Source of the DNA: Mobula hypostoma
Taxonomy: Eukaryota
Direction of reading: 5' to 3'
NCBI RefSeq assembly: GCF_963921235.1
Contig: NC_086107.1
Span: forward strand, 111,416,001 to 111,480,000
Length of the DNA stretch: 64,000 bases
Below the pieces are notes generated by a model. The model searched no databases and had not been told where the DNA came from. It saw nothing but the letters and a program-made list of their open reading frames with translations. Shown here piece by piece: positions 47,411 through 60,700 of the stretch (positions are counted from its first letter, which is position 1; every line of letters starts with the position of its first letter). The position numbers were made by a program, and so were the translations under genes.

Positions 47411-48393
47411 CTTGTGATCATAACTTGGGGCAATTAAAAACTTATTTTAACATGCCATCCATACAGATTATTTGATCGGATTGGAGAACTGAGGTCGTGC
47501 AAGGGGAAAAAAAAGCAGAATGGAGAATGCAGTGTCATAGTTACAGAGGAAGTGCAGTGCAGGCAGATAAGGAGGTTCAAAGTTATAATGACGTCAAGGG
47601 TCCATCTTATTGTACTAGGGGACCATTCAATAGTCTTACAGTATCCAGATAAAATTATTCTTAAGACAAAGTTGAAGGCAAATGTTTCAAAAGGTAATTG
47701 GTTAATTGTAAAATGCCGCTTACAAGGGCACTGGGAGGATTCAGTAGACTTGGGGTCAAAGGAACAACACACATACAATGGGCCGAATAACCTCTGTGTC
47801 TATCATTCTACAATCCCATAAATCATAACCTTGACAAACTTCACTCAACTCATCTCTGAACTGATCCCACAGCCTGTACGGCAAACAAGAGAAAATCTGC
47901 AGATGCTGGAAATCCAAGCAACGCGCGCAAAACGTGTGTTGTCACAAGCTACTCTCTCACTTTCAAGGAATCTGTAACTCATGTTAAAAAAAAACAAGGA
48001 TGTAATGTCGAAGCTTGATAGAGCAGTGGAGAGGCCTCACTTGGAGTAAGGAGATTCATGTAAATGATTCCAGGATTGAAAGGCTTGTCATATGAGAAGC
48101 CTTTGATGGCTCTGGGCCTCTACTGACTGGAGTTCAGAAGAATGAAGGGGGACCTCACTGAATGTTGAAAGGCCTAGATAGAGTGGATGTCACGAGAATG
48201 TTTCCTATGATGGGGGAATCTAAGACCAGGAGGACCCATTCTCAGAATTCAGCGACATCCACTTAGAATAGAGATGAGGAGGAATTTCTTTAGCCAGAGA
48301 GTGGTGAATCTGTGGAATTCGTGGCCATAGGCAGCTGTGGAGGCCAAGTTATTAGGTATATTTAAGGCAGAGATTCATAGATTCTGGATTAGT

Positions 48394-49710
48394 CAGGGGT
48401 CCCCAACCTTTTTTGCACCGCGGACCGGTTTAATATTGACAATATTCTTGCGGTCCGGCCAAGCCGGGGGGGGGTGGCGGGGTGGGTGGTGTTAATACGA
48501 CCAGAATACAGGTGATAGGTCAACAATGGAGGGTTATGGGCTGAGTGCAGGTTGGTGGGACTAGGTGTGAGTAAGAGTTCGGCACGGACTAGAAGGGCCG
48601 AGATGGCCTGTTTCCATGCTGTAATTGTTATATGGTTATATAAGTCACTTATAAGTGGCTAATACACTCAATTTCATTTCTAAAGGGGTTTATCTAGCGA
48701 ATTTAATATTAAACACACAGCGCATATTTTCCTCGCATGAATAAAGTGATAAGTCAATTATAACAGTGGTCCCAAACCTCCGGGCCGCGAAGAATGCAGC
48801 GGTAGCCAGAACGCACCCAGCACATCTTTAAGAAAAAAGCCAAAAAAAACAAGTTAATTGATTAGGTGCTGCCCGGCACGTAAGTGCCGGCCCGGATCAG
48901 AGGCAATGCAATCGGCAATCGCCTCTGATCTGACCCGACATTTACGTGCTGGGTAGCACTCAATTAATTAGCTTGTTTACTTCTGCTTTTTCCTTAAAGA
49001 TGTGCTGGGTGCATCCCGGCTACTGCTGTACCGCTGCCTTCTTCATGGCCCGGAGGCTGGGGACCACTGAATTATAAGTCACTTATAAGTCAATAGCATC
49101 ATAAAATTTTAAGTGACGTTTGGATATTAAACACACAGCGCATTTTTTCCTCGTATGAACATATAAAATCATTGCAACACACCAATATCGCTGAATCAGT
49201 GGGAACCCTGGGCTTGTTTTCCTGCAACAATACGGTCCCATCGAGGGGTGATGGGAGACAGCGATACTCCAAGGGGTTTCTTTATGTCCAGCCTGTTCAG
49301 CAATTTAGTTTTCATTGCATTCATGCAAAAAACTCTGCTTCGCAGCGATATGATGTTGGAAATGGAAGCAACGTTTTCAGTGCTTTCATGGCTATCTCAG
49401 GATACTTAGCCTTGACTTTGATCCAGAATGCCGGCAGAGATGTTATGTCAAACATACTTTTCAGCCCACCATCATTTTCAAGCTCGAGGAGTTGATCTTT
49501 TCCCCGCGCTGACATGGAAGATTCACCGGAAACATTCGCAAATGGGTCACGGACCCACTCCTTTGCGCGTCTTGGGTCACTGATGAACTCGCGTGCGTTC
49601 AAGTTCAACGGTGGGCGTGACAGAGAATGAGGAAAGGTGCAGCTGACTCATATCGTTTCATATCGCCAAATCATATTGTTTCCTCGCGGCCCGGTGGTTG
49701 GGGACCGCTG
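48394..49710 (-). mobile_element. hAT (Charlie/Buster-type) internally deleted DNA transposon with transposase C-terminal remnant
   Basis: TIRs CAGGGGTCCCCAACC / GGTTGGGGACCGCTG. ORF 49321-49608 EWVRDPF...DQLLELENDGGLKSMF...FWIKVKAKYPEIAMKALKTLLPFPTSYRCEA is the hAT dimerisation domain. Confidence 0.9.
48764..49069. mobile_element. 306-bp fold-back hAT MITE
   Basis: Near-palindromic over its whole length. TIRs CAGTGGTCCC / GGGACCACTG and a perfect 8-bp TSD AATTATAA (48756-48763, 49070-49077). Confidence 0.92.
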
Positions 49711-50375
49711 TGTTAAGGGACATGGGGCGGGGGGGGAGGAGGCAGAAGACTGGGGCTGAGAGGGAAATGGATCAGCCATGATGAAATGGCAGAGCAGACT
49801 CGATGGGCCAAATGGGCTAAATTTGTTCCTTTATCTTATGGTCTTATGTTTTCAGTATTATTTATTTATGTATATAATTATTATTGTTATTGTACTTGCA
49901 TAATTTGTCTTCTTTGACACATTGGTTGATGGTCAGTCTTTGAGATTTTCACTGATTCTGTTGTATATTTTTGTTCTACTGAGTTTATACATACTTTGAT
50001 AACAAATTTGCTTTGAAACTTTGAATGTTTTTGAACTTTGTGGTTTCTTAGCCTTTATCTGAGTTGACGCTACAGAGCTCTGTACAGTTTAAGGTCTTTG
50101 CTGAAGCTCCGTAGAACCATTGCTTCAATAAAGTCTTGGCAAACCTTTACTGAGTATTTCACTGTGCCCTAGTATGTGGCAATATTAAACCAATATTTGC
50201 CACCACTCTGATGTGCTGTTCAGAAGGCAGGGCAGAATCACAATCAGGTTTAATATCACCGGCATATGTCATGAAATTTGTTGTTTTGCAGCAGTAATAC
50301 ATTGCAATTCATAATAATAAAAAACTATAAATTACAGTAAGAAATAAATCAATATCTATATTTATCTACTATCTT

Positions 50376-51056
50376 TTAGATTATGAGGACACTCAGTCCT
50401 CTTCTATTGTCATTTAGAAATGCATACATGTATTAAGAAATGATATCAGGTTTCTCCGGAGTGATATCACAGAAGACAAGAGAGACCAAAGACTAACACT
50501 GACAGAACCACATAATTCTAACATATAGTTACAGCAGTGCAAAGCAATACCATAATTTGATAAAGAACAGATCATAAGCACAGTAAAAAAAAAGTCTCAA
50601 AGTCCCGAGTTGATCAACTCCCGAGTCCCCGACAGCAGGCGGCAAAAGGGACAAACTCCCTGCCATAAACCTCCAGGCACCGTCAACTTGCCGATGCCTT
50701 GGAAGCAGCCGACCACAGCCGACCCTGAGTCCATCCGTCCGAAAACTCTGAGCTTCCGACCAGCCTCTCCGATACAGCCTCCCGAGCGCCATCCTCTTCC
50801 GAGCGTCTTCGACCTCGCCCCGGCCGCTGAAACATACAAAGCCGAGGATTTCGGGGCCTTCAGCTCCGGAGATTCCGGTTACCACACAGTAGCGGTTACA
50901 CACAGCGAAGCGGGCATTTCAGAAGTTTTCCAGATGTTCCGCTGTGCTCTCATGTCTGTCTCCATCAAATCAGGATTGTGCACAGCCCCCTATTTGACAG
51001 ATAACAGATATTCATCACCGAAGTGGCCACGTGCGCTGTCGTCGCGCCACCATCTT
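50376..51056 (-). mobile_element. About 680-bp non-autonomous retroelement, copy of 15917-16585
   Basis: Colinear reverse complement, nested in a Rex-derived repeat (about 50240-51310). Confidence 0.85.
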
Positions 51057-51744
51057 CAACCCCCTCCTGGGAGGAATTTAGATGTATAATTAAGTTCAGT
51101 GTAAAATCAGAGAAAAAATTAGTGAGGTAGTGTTCATGGGTTCATTGTCCGTTCAGAAATCTAATGACAGAGGGGAAGAAGCTGTTCCTGAATCATTGAG
51201 TGTGTGTCTTCAGGCTCCTGTACCTCCTCCCTGATGGTAGCAATGAGAAGAGGGCATGTCCTGGGTGACGGGGATCCTTAATGATGGATGCCGCCTTTTT
51301 GAGGCATGAGGCTGCAGTAACGTTTGCCAGATGGATGCAGATGAAACAGTTTATGGTTGGGCTGACTGGTGTCCCTGATCATCTACCAGGCCTTCTTTCT
51401 GAAGCTCATTTCAGTCCTGTGCGGTGGCCAGCGAGTTAGAACGGTACATCTGCAGAAATTTGCAAGTGTCTTTGGTGACAACCCATTTCTCCTCAAACTC
51501 CGAATGAGTTTGGGGTTCCCTGGGATGTGAGAGAAAGGTGTGAGTCTATAAATATGACCAGAATTCTGACTATGGAACAGCACATAAAATGTTGCAATAT
51601 CTCAAGAAGAGCAGTATTTCCTCTGGAAGTGCCCCTTGGAGTCCACATCTACTCTATGATGACCAGAGGTCTGACCATGAGACAGTTTCTGTTGTTACTA
51701 ATTCAGCACAGCAAACAGAACAATGCTGTATTTCTTTCTATTTG

Positions 51745-54700
51745 ACCCTCTAACAGTGTCACTCGCTCTCAGTGCTGCCCCTCTCACAGTGCAGTGCCCC
51801 TCAAAGCTACCTCTCAGAAGTGAGGCACTCCCTCAGTACTGTTCCTCCCATAGTGAGACACTCCCTCAGCACTGTCCCTCTGACAGTGAGCCACTCCCTC
51901 AGTACTGCCCCTCTGACAGTGTGACACTCCCTCAGTACCGTCCCTCTGGCAGTGTGACACTCCCTTAGTACTGTCCCTCCCATAGTGAGACGCTCCCTCA
52001 GTACCGTCCCTCTGGCAATGTGACACTCCCTCAGTACTGTCCCTCTGACAGTGAGGTACTCCCTCAGTACTGTCCCTCTGACAGTGTGACACTCCCTTAG
52101 TACTGTCCCTCTGTCAGTGAGACACTCCCTCAGTACAGTCCCTCTGACAGTGAGACGCTCCCTCTGACAGTGAGACACTCCCTCAGTACTGTCCCTCTGA
52201 CAGTGTGACACTCCCTCAGTACTGTCCCTCTGACAGTGAGACACTCCCTCAGTACCGTCCCTCTGGCAGTGAGACACTCCCTCAGTACTCTCCCTCTGAG
52301 AGTGAGATGCTCCCTCAGTACTGTGTCTCTAACAGTGCAACACTCCCTCGGCACTGTCCCTCTGACAGTGAAGCACTCCCTCAGTACTGTCCCTTTGTCA
52401 GTGTGACACTCCCTCAGTACTGTCCCTCTGGCAGTGGGACACTCCCTCAGTACTGTCCCTCTGACAGTGAAGCACTCCCTCAGTACTGTCCCTTTGTCAG
52501 TGTGAAACTCCCTCAGTACTGTCCCTCTGACAGTGAAGCACTCCCTCAGTACTGTCCCTTTGTCAGTGTGACACTCCCTCAGTACTGTCCCTCTGACAGT
52601 GAAGCACTCCCTCAGTACTGTCCCTTTGTCAGTGTGACACTTCCTCAGTACTGTACCTCTGACAGTGAGGTACTCCCTCAGTATCATCGCTCTGTGAGGC
52701 ACTCCCTCCATACTGTCCCTCCCATAGTGAGACACTCCCTCACTACTGTCCCTCTGACAGTGAAGCACTCCCTCAATACTGTCCCTTTGTCAGTGTGACA
52801 CTCCCTCAGTACTGTCCCTGTGACAGTGAGACACTCCCTCAGTACTGTCCCTCCCATAGTGAGACACTCCCTCAGTACTGTCCCTCTGGCAGTGAGGCAC
52901 TCCCTCCGTACTGTCCCTCCCATCGTTTTACACTCCCTCAGTACTGTCCCTCTGACAGTGAAGCACTCCCTCAGTACTGTCCCTTTGTCAGTGTGACACT
53001 CCCTCAGTACTGTCCCTCTGACAGTGAAGCACTCCCTCAGTACTGTCCCTCTGACAGTGAGACACTCCCTCAGTGCTGTCCCTCCGAAAGTGTGACACTC
53101 CCTCAGTACTGTCCCTCTGACAGTGAGACACTCCCTCAGTACTGTCCCTCTGACAGTGAGACACTCCCTCAGTGCTGTCCCTCCGAAAGTGTGACACTCC
53201 CTCAGTACTGTCCCTCTGACAGTGAGACACTCCCTCAGTACCGTCGCTCTGTGAGGCACTTTCTCCGTACTGTCCCTCCCATCGTGAGACACTCCCTCAG
53301 TACTGTCCCTCCGACAGTGTGACACACCCTCAGTACTGTCCCTCTGACAGTGAGACACTCCCTCAGTACTGTCCCTCTGACAGTGAGACACTCCCCCAGC
53401 ACCATCCCTCTGACAGTGTGAAAACACCCTCACTACTGTCCCTCTGACAGTGTGAGATTCCCTCAGTACTGTCCCTCTGACAGTGAGACACTCCCTCAGT
53501 ACTCTCCATCTGACAGTGAGACACTCCCTCAGTACCGTCCCTCTGACAGTGGGACACTCCCTCAGTACTCTCCCTCTGACAGTGAGATGCTCCCTCAGTA
53601 CTGTCCCTTTAACAGTGCAACACTCCCTCGGCACTGTCCCTCTGTCAGTGGGACACCCCATCAGTACTGTCCCTCTGACAGTGTGACACTCCCTCAGTAC
53701 CATCCCTCTGACAGGGAGACATCCCTCAGTACAGTCCCTCTGACAGTGAAGCACTCCCTCAATACTGTCCCTTTGTCAGTGTGAAACTCCCTCAGTACTG
53801 TCCCTCTGGCAGTGAGACACTCCCTCAGTACTGTCCCTCTGACAGTGAAACACTCCCTCAGTACTGTCCCTTTGTCAGTGTGACACTCCCTCAGTACTGT
53901 CCCTCTGACAGTGAAGCACTCCCTCAGTACTGTCCCTTTGTCAGTGTGACACTCCCTCAGTACTGTCCCTCTGGAAGTGAGACACTCCCTCTGTACTGTC
54001 CCTCTGACAGTGTGACACTCCCTTAGTACTGTCCCTCTGACAGTGAGACACTCCCTCAGTACCGTCCCTCTGGCAGTGTGACACTCCCTCAGTACTGTCC
54101 CTCTGACAGTGAGGTACTCCCTCAGTACTGTCCCTCTGACAGTGTGACACTCCCTTAGTACTGTCCCTCTGACAGTGAGACACTCCCTCAGTACTGTCCC
54201 TCTGACAGTGAGACGCTCCCTCTGACAGTGAGATACTCCCTCAGTACTGTCACTCTGACAGTGTGACACTCCCTCAGTACTGTCCCTCTGACAGTGAGAC
54301 ACTCCCTCAGTACTCTCCCTCTGACAGTGAGACACTCCCTCAGTACCGTCCCTCTGGCAGTGAGACACTCCCTCAGTACTCTCCCTCTGACAGTGAGATG
54401 CTCCCTCAGTACTGTCCCTCTAACAGTGCAACACTCCCTCGGCACTGTCCCTCTGACAGTGGGACACCCCATCACTACCGTCCCTCTGACAGTGAAGCAC
54501 TCCCTCAGTACTGTCCCTTTGTCAGTGTGACACTCCCTCAGTACTGTCCCTCTGACAGTGAAGCACTCCCTCAGTACTGTCCCTTTGTCAGTGTGAAACT
54601 CCCTCAGTACTGTCCCTCTGACAGTGAAGCACTCCCTCAGTACTGTCCCTTTGTCAGTGTGACACTCCCTCAGTACTGTCCCTCTGACGGTGAAGCACTC

Positions 54701-57700
54701 CCTCAGTACTGTCCCTCTGACACTGAGGCACTCCCTCAGTACTGTCCCTCTGACAGTGTGACACTCCCTCAGTACTGTCCCTCTGACAGTGAGACACTCC
54801 CTCAGTACTGTCCCTCTGACAATGAAGAACTCCCTCAGTACTGTCCCTCTGGCAGTGAGACACTCCCTCAGTACTGTCCCTACCATAGTGAGACACTCCC
54901 TCAGTACCGTCCCTCTGACAGTGAAGCACTCCCTCAGTACTGTCCCTTTGTCAGTGTGACACTCCCTCAGTACTGTCCCTCTGGCAGTGAGGCACTCCCT
55001 CCGTACTGTCCCTCCCATAGTGAGACACTCCCTCAGTACTGTCCCTCTGACAGTGAATCACTCCCTCAGTACTGTCCCTTTGTCAGTGTGACACTCCCTC
55101 AGTACTGTCCCTCTGACAGTGAAGCACTCCCTCAGTACTGTCCCTTTGTCAGTGTGACACTCCCTCAGTACTGTCCCTCTGACAGTGAGGTATTCCCTCA
55201 GTATCGTTGCTCTGTGAGGCACTCCCTCCATACTGTCCCTCCCATAGTGAGACACTCCCTCACTACTGTCCCTCTGACAGTGAAGCACTCCCTCAATACT
55301 GTCCCTTTGTCAGTGTGACACTCCCTCAGTACTGTCCCTCTGACAGTGAGACACTCCCTCAGTACTGTCCCTCCCATAGTGAGACACTCCCTCAGTACTG
55401 TCCCTCTGGCAGTGAGGCACTCCCTCCGTACTGTCCCTCCCATCGTGTTACACTCTCTCAGTACTGTCCCTCTGACAGTGAAGCACTCCCTCAGTACTGT
55501 CCCTTTGTCAGTGTGACACTCCCTCAGTACTGTCCCTCTGACAGTGAAGCACTCCCTCAGTACTGTCCCTCTGACAGTGAGACACTCCCTCAGTGCTGTC
55601 CCTCCGACAGTGTGACACTCCCTCAGTACAGTCCCTCTGACAGTGAGACACTCCCTCAGTACCGTCGCTCTGTGAGGCACTCCCTCCGTACTGTCCCTCC
55701 CATCGTGAGACACTCCCTCAGTACTGTCCCTCCGACAGTGTGACACACCCTCAGTACTGTCCCTCTGACAGTGAGACACTCCCTCAGTACTGTCCCTCTG
55801 ACAGTGAGACACTCCCCCAGCACCATCCCTCTGACAGTGTGAAAACACCCTCAGTACTGTCCCTCTGACAGTGAGACGCTCCCTCTGACAGTGAGACACT
55901 CCCTCAGTACTGTCCCTCTGACAGTGTGAGATTCCCTCAGTACTGTCCCTCTGACAGTGAGACACTCCCTCAGTACTCTCCATCTGACAGTGAGACACTC
56001 CCTCAGTACCGTCCCTCTGACAGTGAGACACTCCCTCAGTACTCTCCCTCTGACAGTGAGATGCTCCCTCAGTACTGTCCCTCTAACAGTGCAACACTCC
56101 CTCGGCACTGTCCCTCTGTCAGTGGGACACCCCATCAGTACTGTCCCTCTGACAGTGTGACACTCCCTCAGTACCATCCCTCTGACAGGGAGACATCCCT
56201 CAGTACCGTCCCTCTGACAGTGAAGCACTCCCTCAATACTGTCCCTTTGTCAGTGTGAAACTCCCTCAGTACTGTCCCTTTGTCAGTGTGACACTCCCTC
56301 AGTACTGTCCTTCTGACAGTGAAGCACTCCCTCAGTACTGTCCCTTTGTCAGTGTGACACTCCCTCAGTACTGTCCCTCTGGCAGTGAGACACTCCCTCT
56401 GTACTGTCCCTCTGACAGTGAGACACTCCCTCAGTACCGTCCCTCTGGCAGTGTGACACTCCCTCAGTACTGTCCCTCTGACAGTGAGGTACTCCCTCAG
56501 TACTGTCCCTCTGACAGTGTGACACTCCCTTAGTACTGTCCCTCTGACAGTGAGACACTCCCTCAGTACTGTCCCTCTGACAGTGAGACGCTCCCTCTGA
56601 CAGTGAGATACTCCCTCAGTACTGTCCCTCTGACAGTGTGACACTCCCTCAGTACTGTCCCTCTGACAGTGAGACACTCCCTCAGTACTCTCCCTCTGAC
56701 AGTGAGACACTCCCTCAGTACCGTCCCTCTGGCAGTGAGACACTCCCTCAGTACTCTCCCTCTGACAGTGAGATGCTCCCTCAGTACTGTCCCTCTAACA
56801 ATGCAACACACCCTCGGCACTGTCCCTCTGACAGTGGGACACCCCATCAGTACCGTCCCTCTGACAGTGAAGCACTCCCTCAGTACTGTCCCTCTGTCAG
56901 TGGGACACCCCATCAGTACTGTCCCTCTGACAGTGTGACACTCCCTCAGTACCATCCCTCTGACGGGAGACATCCCTCAGTACCGTCCCTCTGACAGTGA
57001 AGCACTCCCTCAATACTGTCCCTTTGTCAGTGTGAAACTCCCTCAGTACTGTCCCTTTGTCAGTGTGACACTCCCTCAGTACTGTCGCTCTGACAGTGAA
57101 GCACTCCCTCAGTACTGTCCCTTTGTCAGTGTGACACTCCCTCTGTACTGTCCCTCTGACAGTGAGACACTCCCTCAGTACCGTCCCTCTGGCAGTGTGA
57201 CACTCCCTCAGTACTGTCCCTCTGACAGTGAGGTACTCCCTCAGTACTGTCCCTCTGACAGTGTGACACTCCCTTAGTACTGTCGCTCTGACAGTGAGAC
57301 ACTCCCTCAGTACTGTCCCTCTGACAGTGAGACGCTCCCTCTGACAGTGAGATACTCCCTCAGTACTGTCCCTCTGACAGTGTGACACTCCCTCAGTACT
57401 GTCCCTCTGACAGTGAGACACTCCCTCAGTACCGTCCCTCTGACAGTGGGACACCCCATCAGTACTGTCCCTCTGACAGTGTGACACTCCCTCAGTACTG
57501 TCCCTCTGACAGTGAGACACTCCCTCAGTACCGTCCCTCTGACAGTGGGACACCCCATCAGTACTGTCCCTCTGACAGTGTGACACTCCCTCAGTACCAT
57601 CCCTCTGACAGGGAGACATCCCTCAGTACCGTCCCTCTGACAGTGAAGCACTCCCTCAATACTGTCCCTTTGTCAGTGTGAAACTCCCTCAGTACTGTCC

Positions 57701-60700
57701 CTTTGTCAGTGTGACACTCCCTCAGTACTGTCCCTCTGACAGTGAAGCACTCCCTCAGTACTGTCCCTTTGTCAGTGTGACACTCCCTCTGTACTGTCCC
57801 TCTGACAGTGAGACACTCCCTCAGTACCGTCCCTCTGGCAGTGTGACACTCCCTCAGTACTGTCCCTCTGACAGTGAGGTACTCCCTCAGTACTGTCCCT
57901 CTGACAGTGTGACACTCCCTTAGTACTGTCCCTCTGACAGTGAGACACTCCCTCAGTACTGTCCCTCTGACAGTGAGACGCTCCCTCTGACAGTGAGATA
58001 CTCCCTCAGTACTGTCCCTCTGACAGTGTGACACTCCCTCAGTACTGTCCCTCTGACAGTGAGACACTCCCTCAGTACTCTCCCTCTGACAGTGAGACAC
58101 TCCCTCAGTACCGTCCCTCTGGCAGTGAGACACTCCCTCAGTACTCTCCCTCTGACAGTGAGATGCTCCCTCAGTACTGTCCCTCTAACAGTGCAACACA
58201 CCCTCGGCACTGTCCCTCTGACAGTGGGACACCCCATCAGTACCGTCCCTCTGACAGTGAAGCACTCCCTCAGTACTGTCCCTTTGTCAGTGTGACACTC
58301 CCTCAGTACTGTCCCTCTGACAGTGAATCACTCCATCAGTACTGTCCCTTTGTCAGTGTGAAACTCCCTCAGTACTGTCCCTCTGACAGTGAAGCACTCC
58401 CTCAGTACTGTCCCTTTGTCAGTGTGACACTCCCTCAGTACTGTCCCTCTGACGGTGAAGCACTCCCTCAGTACTGTCCCTCTGACACTGAGGCACTCCC
58501 TCAGTACTGTCCCTCTGACAGTGTGACACTCCCTCAGTACTGTCCCTCTGACAATGAAGCACTCCCTCAGTACTGTCCCTCTGGCAGTGAGACACTCCTT
58601 CAGTACTGTCCCTCTGACAGTGAGGTACTCCCTCAGTACCCTCGCTCTGTGAGGCACTCCCTCCGTACTGTCCCTCCCATAGTGAGACACTCCCTCAGTA
58701 ATGTCCCGCTGACAGTGTGGTACTCCCTCAGTACTGTCCCTCTGACAGTGTGACACTCCCTTAGTACTGTCCCTCTGACAGTGAGACACTCCCTCAGTAC
58801 AGTCCCTCTGACAGTGAGACGCTCCCTCTGACAGTGAGACACTCCCTCAGTACTGTCCCTCTGACAGTGTGACACTCCCTCAGTACTGTCCCTCTGACAG
58901 TGAGACACTCCCTCAGTACCGTCCCTCTGGCAGTGAGACACTCCCTCAGTACTCTCCCTCTGAGAGTGAGATGCTCCCTCAGTACTGTGTCTCTAACAGT
59001 GCAACACTCCCTTGGCACTCTCCCTCTGACAGTGAAGCACTCCCTCAGTACTGTCCCTTAGTCAGTGTGACACTCCCTCAGTACTGTCCCTCTGGCAGTG
59101 AGACACTCCCTCAGTACTGTCCCTCTGACAGTGAAGCACTCCGTCAGTACTGTCCCTTTGTCAGTGTGAAACTCCCTCAGTACTGTCCCTCTGACAGTTA
59201 AGCACTCCCTCAGTACTGTCCCTTTGTCAGTGTGACACTCCCTCAGTACTGTCCCTCTGACGGTGAAGCACTCCCTCAGTACTGTCCCTTTGTCAGTGTG
59301 ACACTCCCTCAGTACTGTCCCTCTGACACTGAGGCAATCCCTCAGTACTGTCCCTCTGACAGTGTGACACTCCCTCAGTACTGTCCCTCTGACAGTGAGA
59401 CACTCCCTCAGTACTGTCCCTCTGACAATGAAGAACTCCCTCAGTACTGTCCCTCTGGCAGTGAGACACTCCCTCAGTACTGTCCCTCCCATAGTGAGAC
59501 ACTCCCTCAGTACCGTCCCTCTGACAGTGAAGCACTCCCTCAGTACTGTCCCTTTGTCAGTGTGACACTCCCTCAGTACTGTCCCTCTGGCAGTGAGGCA
59601 CTCCCTCCGTACTGTCCCTCCCATAGTGAGACACTCCCTCAGTACTGTCCCTCTGACAGTGAAGCACTCCCTCAGTACTGTCCCTTTGTCAGTGTGACAC
59701 TCCCTCAGTACTGTCCCTCTGACAGTGAAGCACTCCCTCAGTACTGTCCCTTTGTCAGTGTGACACTCCCTCAGTACTGTCCCTCTGACAGTGAGGTACT
59801 CCCTCAGTATCGTCGCTCTGTGAGGCACTCCCTCCATACTGTCCCTCCCATAGTGAGACACTCCCTCACTACTGTCCCTCTGACAGTGAAGCACTCCCTC
59901 AATACTGTCCCTTTGTCAGTGTGACACTCCCTCAGTACTGTCCCTCTGACAGTGAGACACTCCCTCAGTACTGTCCCTCCCATAGTGAGATACTCCCTCA
60001 GTACTGTCCCTCTGGCAGTGAGGCACTCCCTCCGTACTGTCCCTCCCATCGTGTTACACTCCCTCAGTACTGTCCCTCTGACAGTGAAGCACTCCCTCAG
60101 TACTGTCCCTTTGTCAGTGTGACACTCCCTCAGTACTGTCCCTCTGACAGTGAAGCACTCCCTCAGTACTGTCCCTCTGACAGTGAGACACTCCCTCAGT
60201 GCTGTCCCTCCGAAAGTGTGACACTCCCTCAGTACTGTCCCTCTGACAGTGAGACACTCCCTCAGTACCGTCGCTCTGTGAGGCACTCCCTCCGTACTGT
60301 CCCTCCCATCGTGAGACACTCCCTCAGTACTGTCCCTCCGACAGTGTGACACACCCTCAGTACTGTCCCTCTGACAGTGAGACACTCCCTCAGTACTGTC
60401 CCTCTGACAGTGAAGCACTCCCTCAGTACTGTCCCACTGACAGTGAGACACTCCCTCAGTGCTGTCCCTCCGAAAGTGTGACACTCCCTCAGTACTGTCC
60501 CTCTGACAGTGAGACACTCCCTCAGTACTGTCCCTCTGACACTGAGGCACTCCCTCAGTACTCTCCCTCTGACAGTGAAGCACTCCCTCAGTACTGTCCC
60601 TTTGTCAGTGTGACACTCCCTCAGTACTGTCCCTCTGGCAGTGAGGCACTCCCTCCGTACTGTCCCTCAAATCGTGTTACACTCCCTCAGTACTGTCCCT

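Larger units (their letters stand above)
47995..49850 (+). mobile_element. CR1 3' end interrupted by a hAT element
   Basis: GAATTTCTTTAGCCAGAGAGTGGTGAATCTGTGGAATTC lies before 48394. The 3' UTR and CTTATGGT tail resume after 49710. Confidence 0.85.

Noticed and set aside
49321..49608. Domesticated ZBED/SCAND-like gene
   Set aside because: Only a short C-terminal transposase remnant, lying between TIRs of a deleted element.
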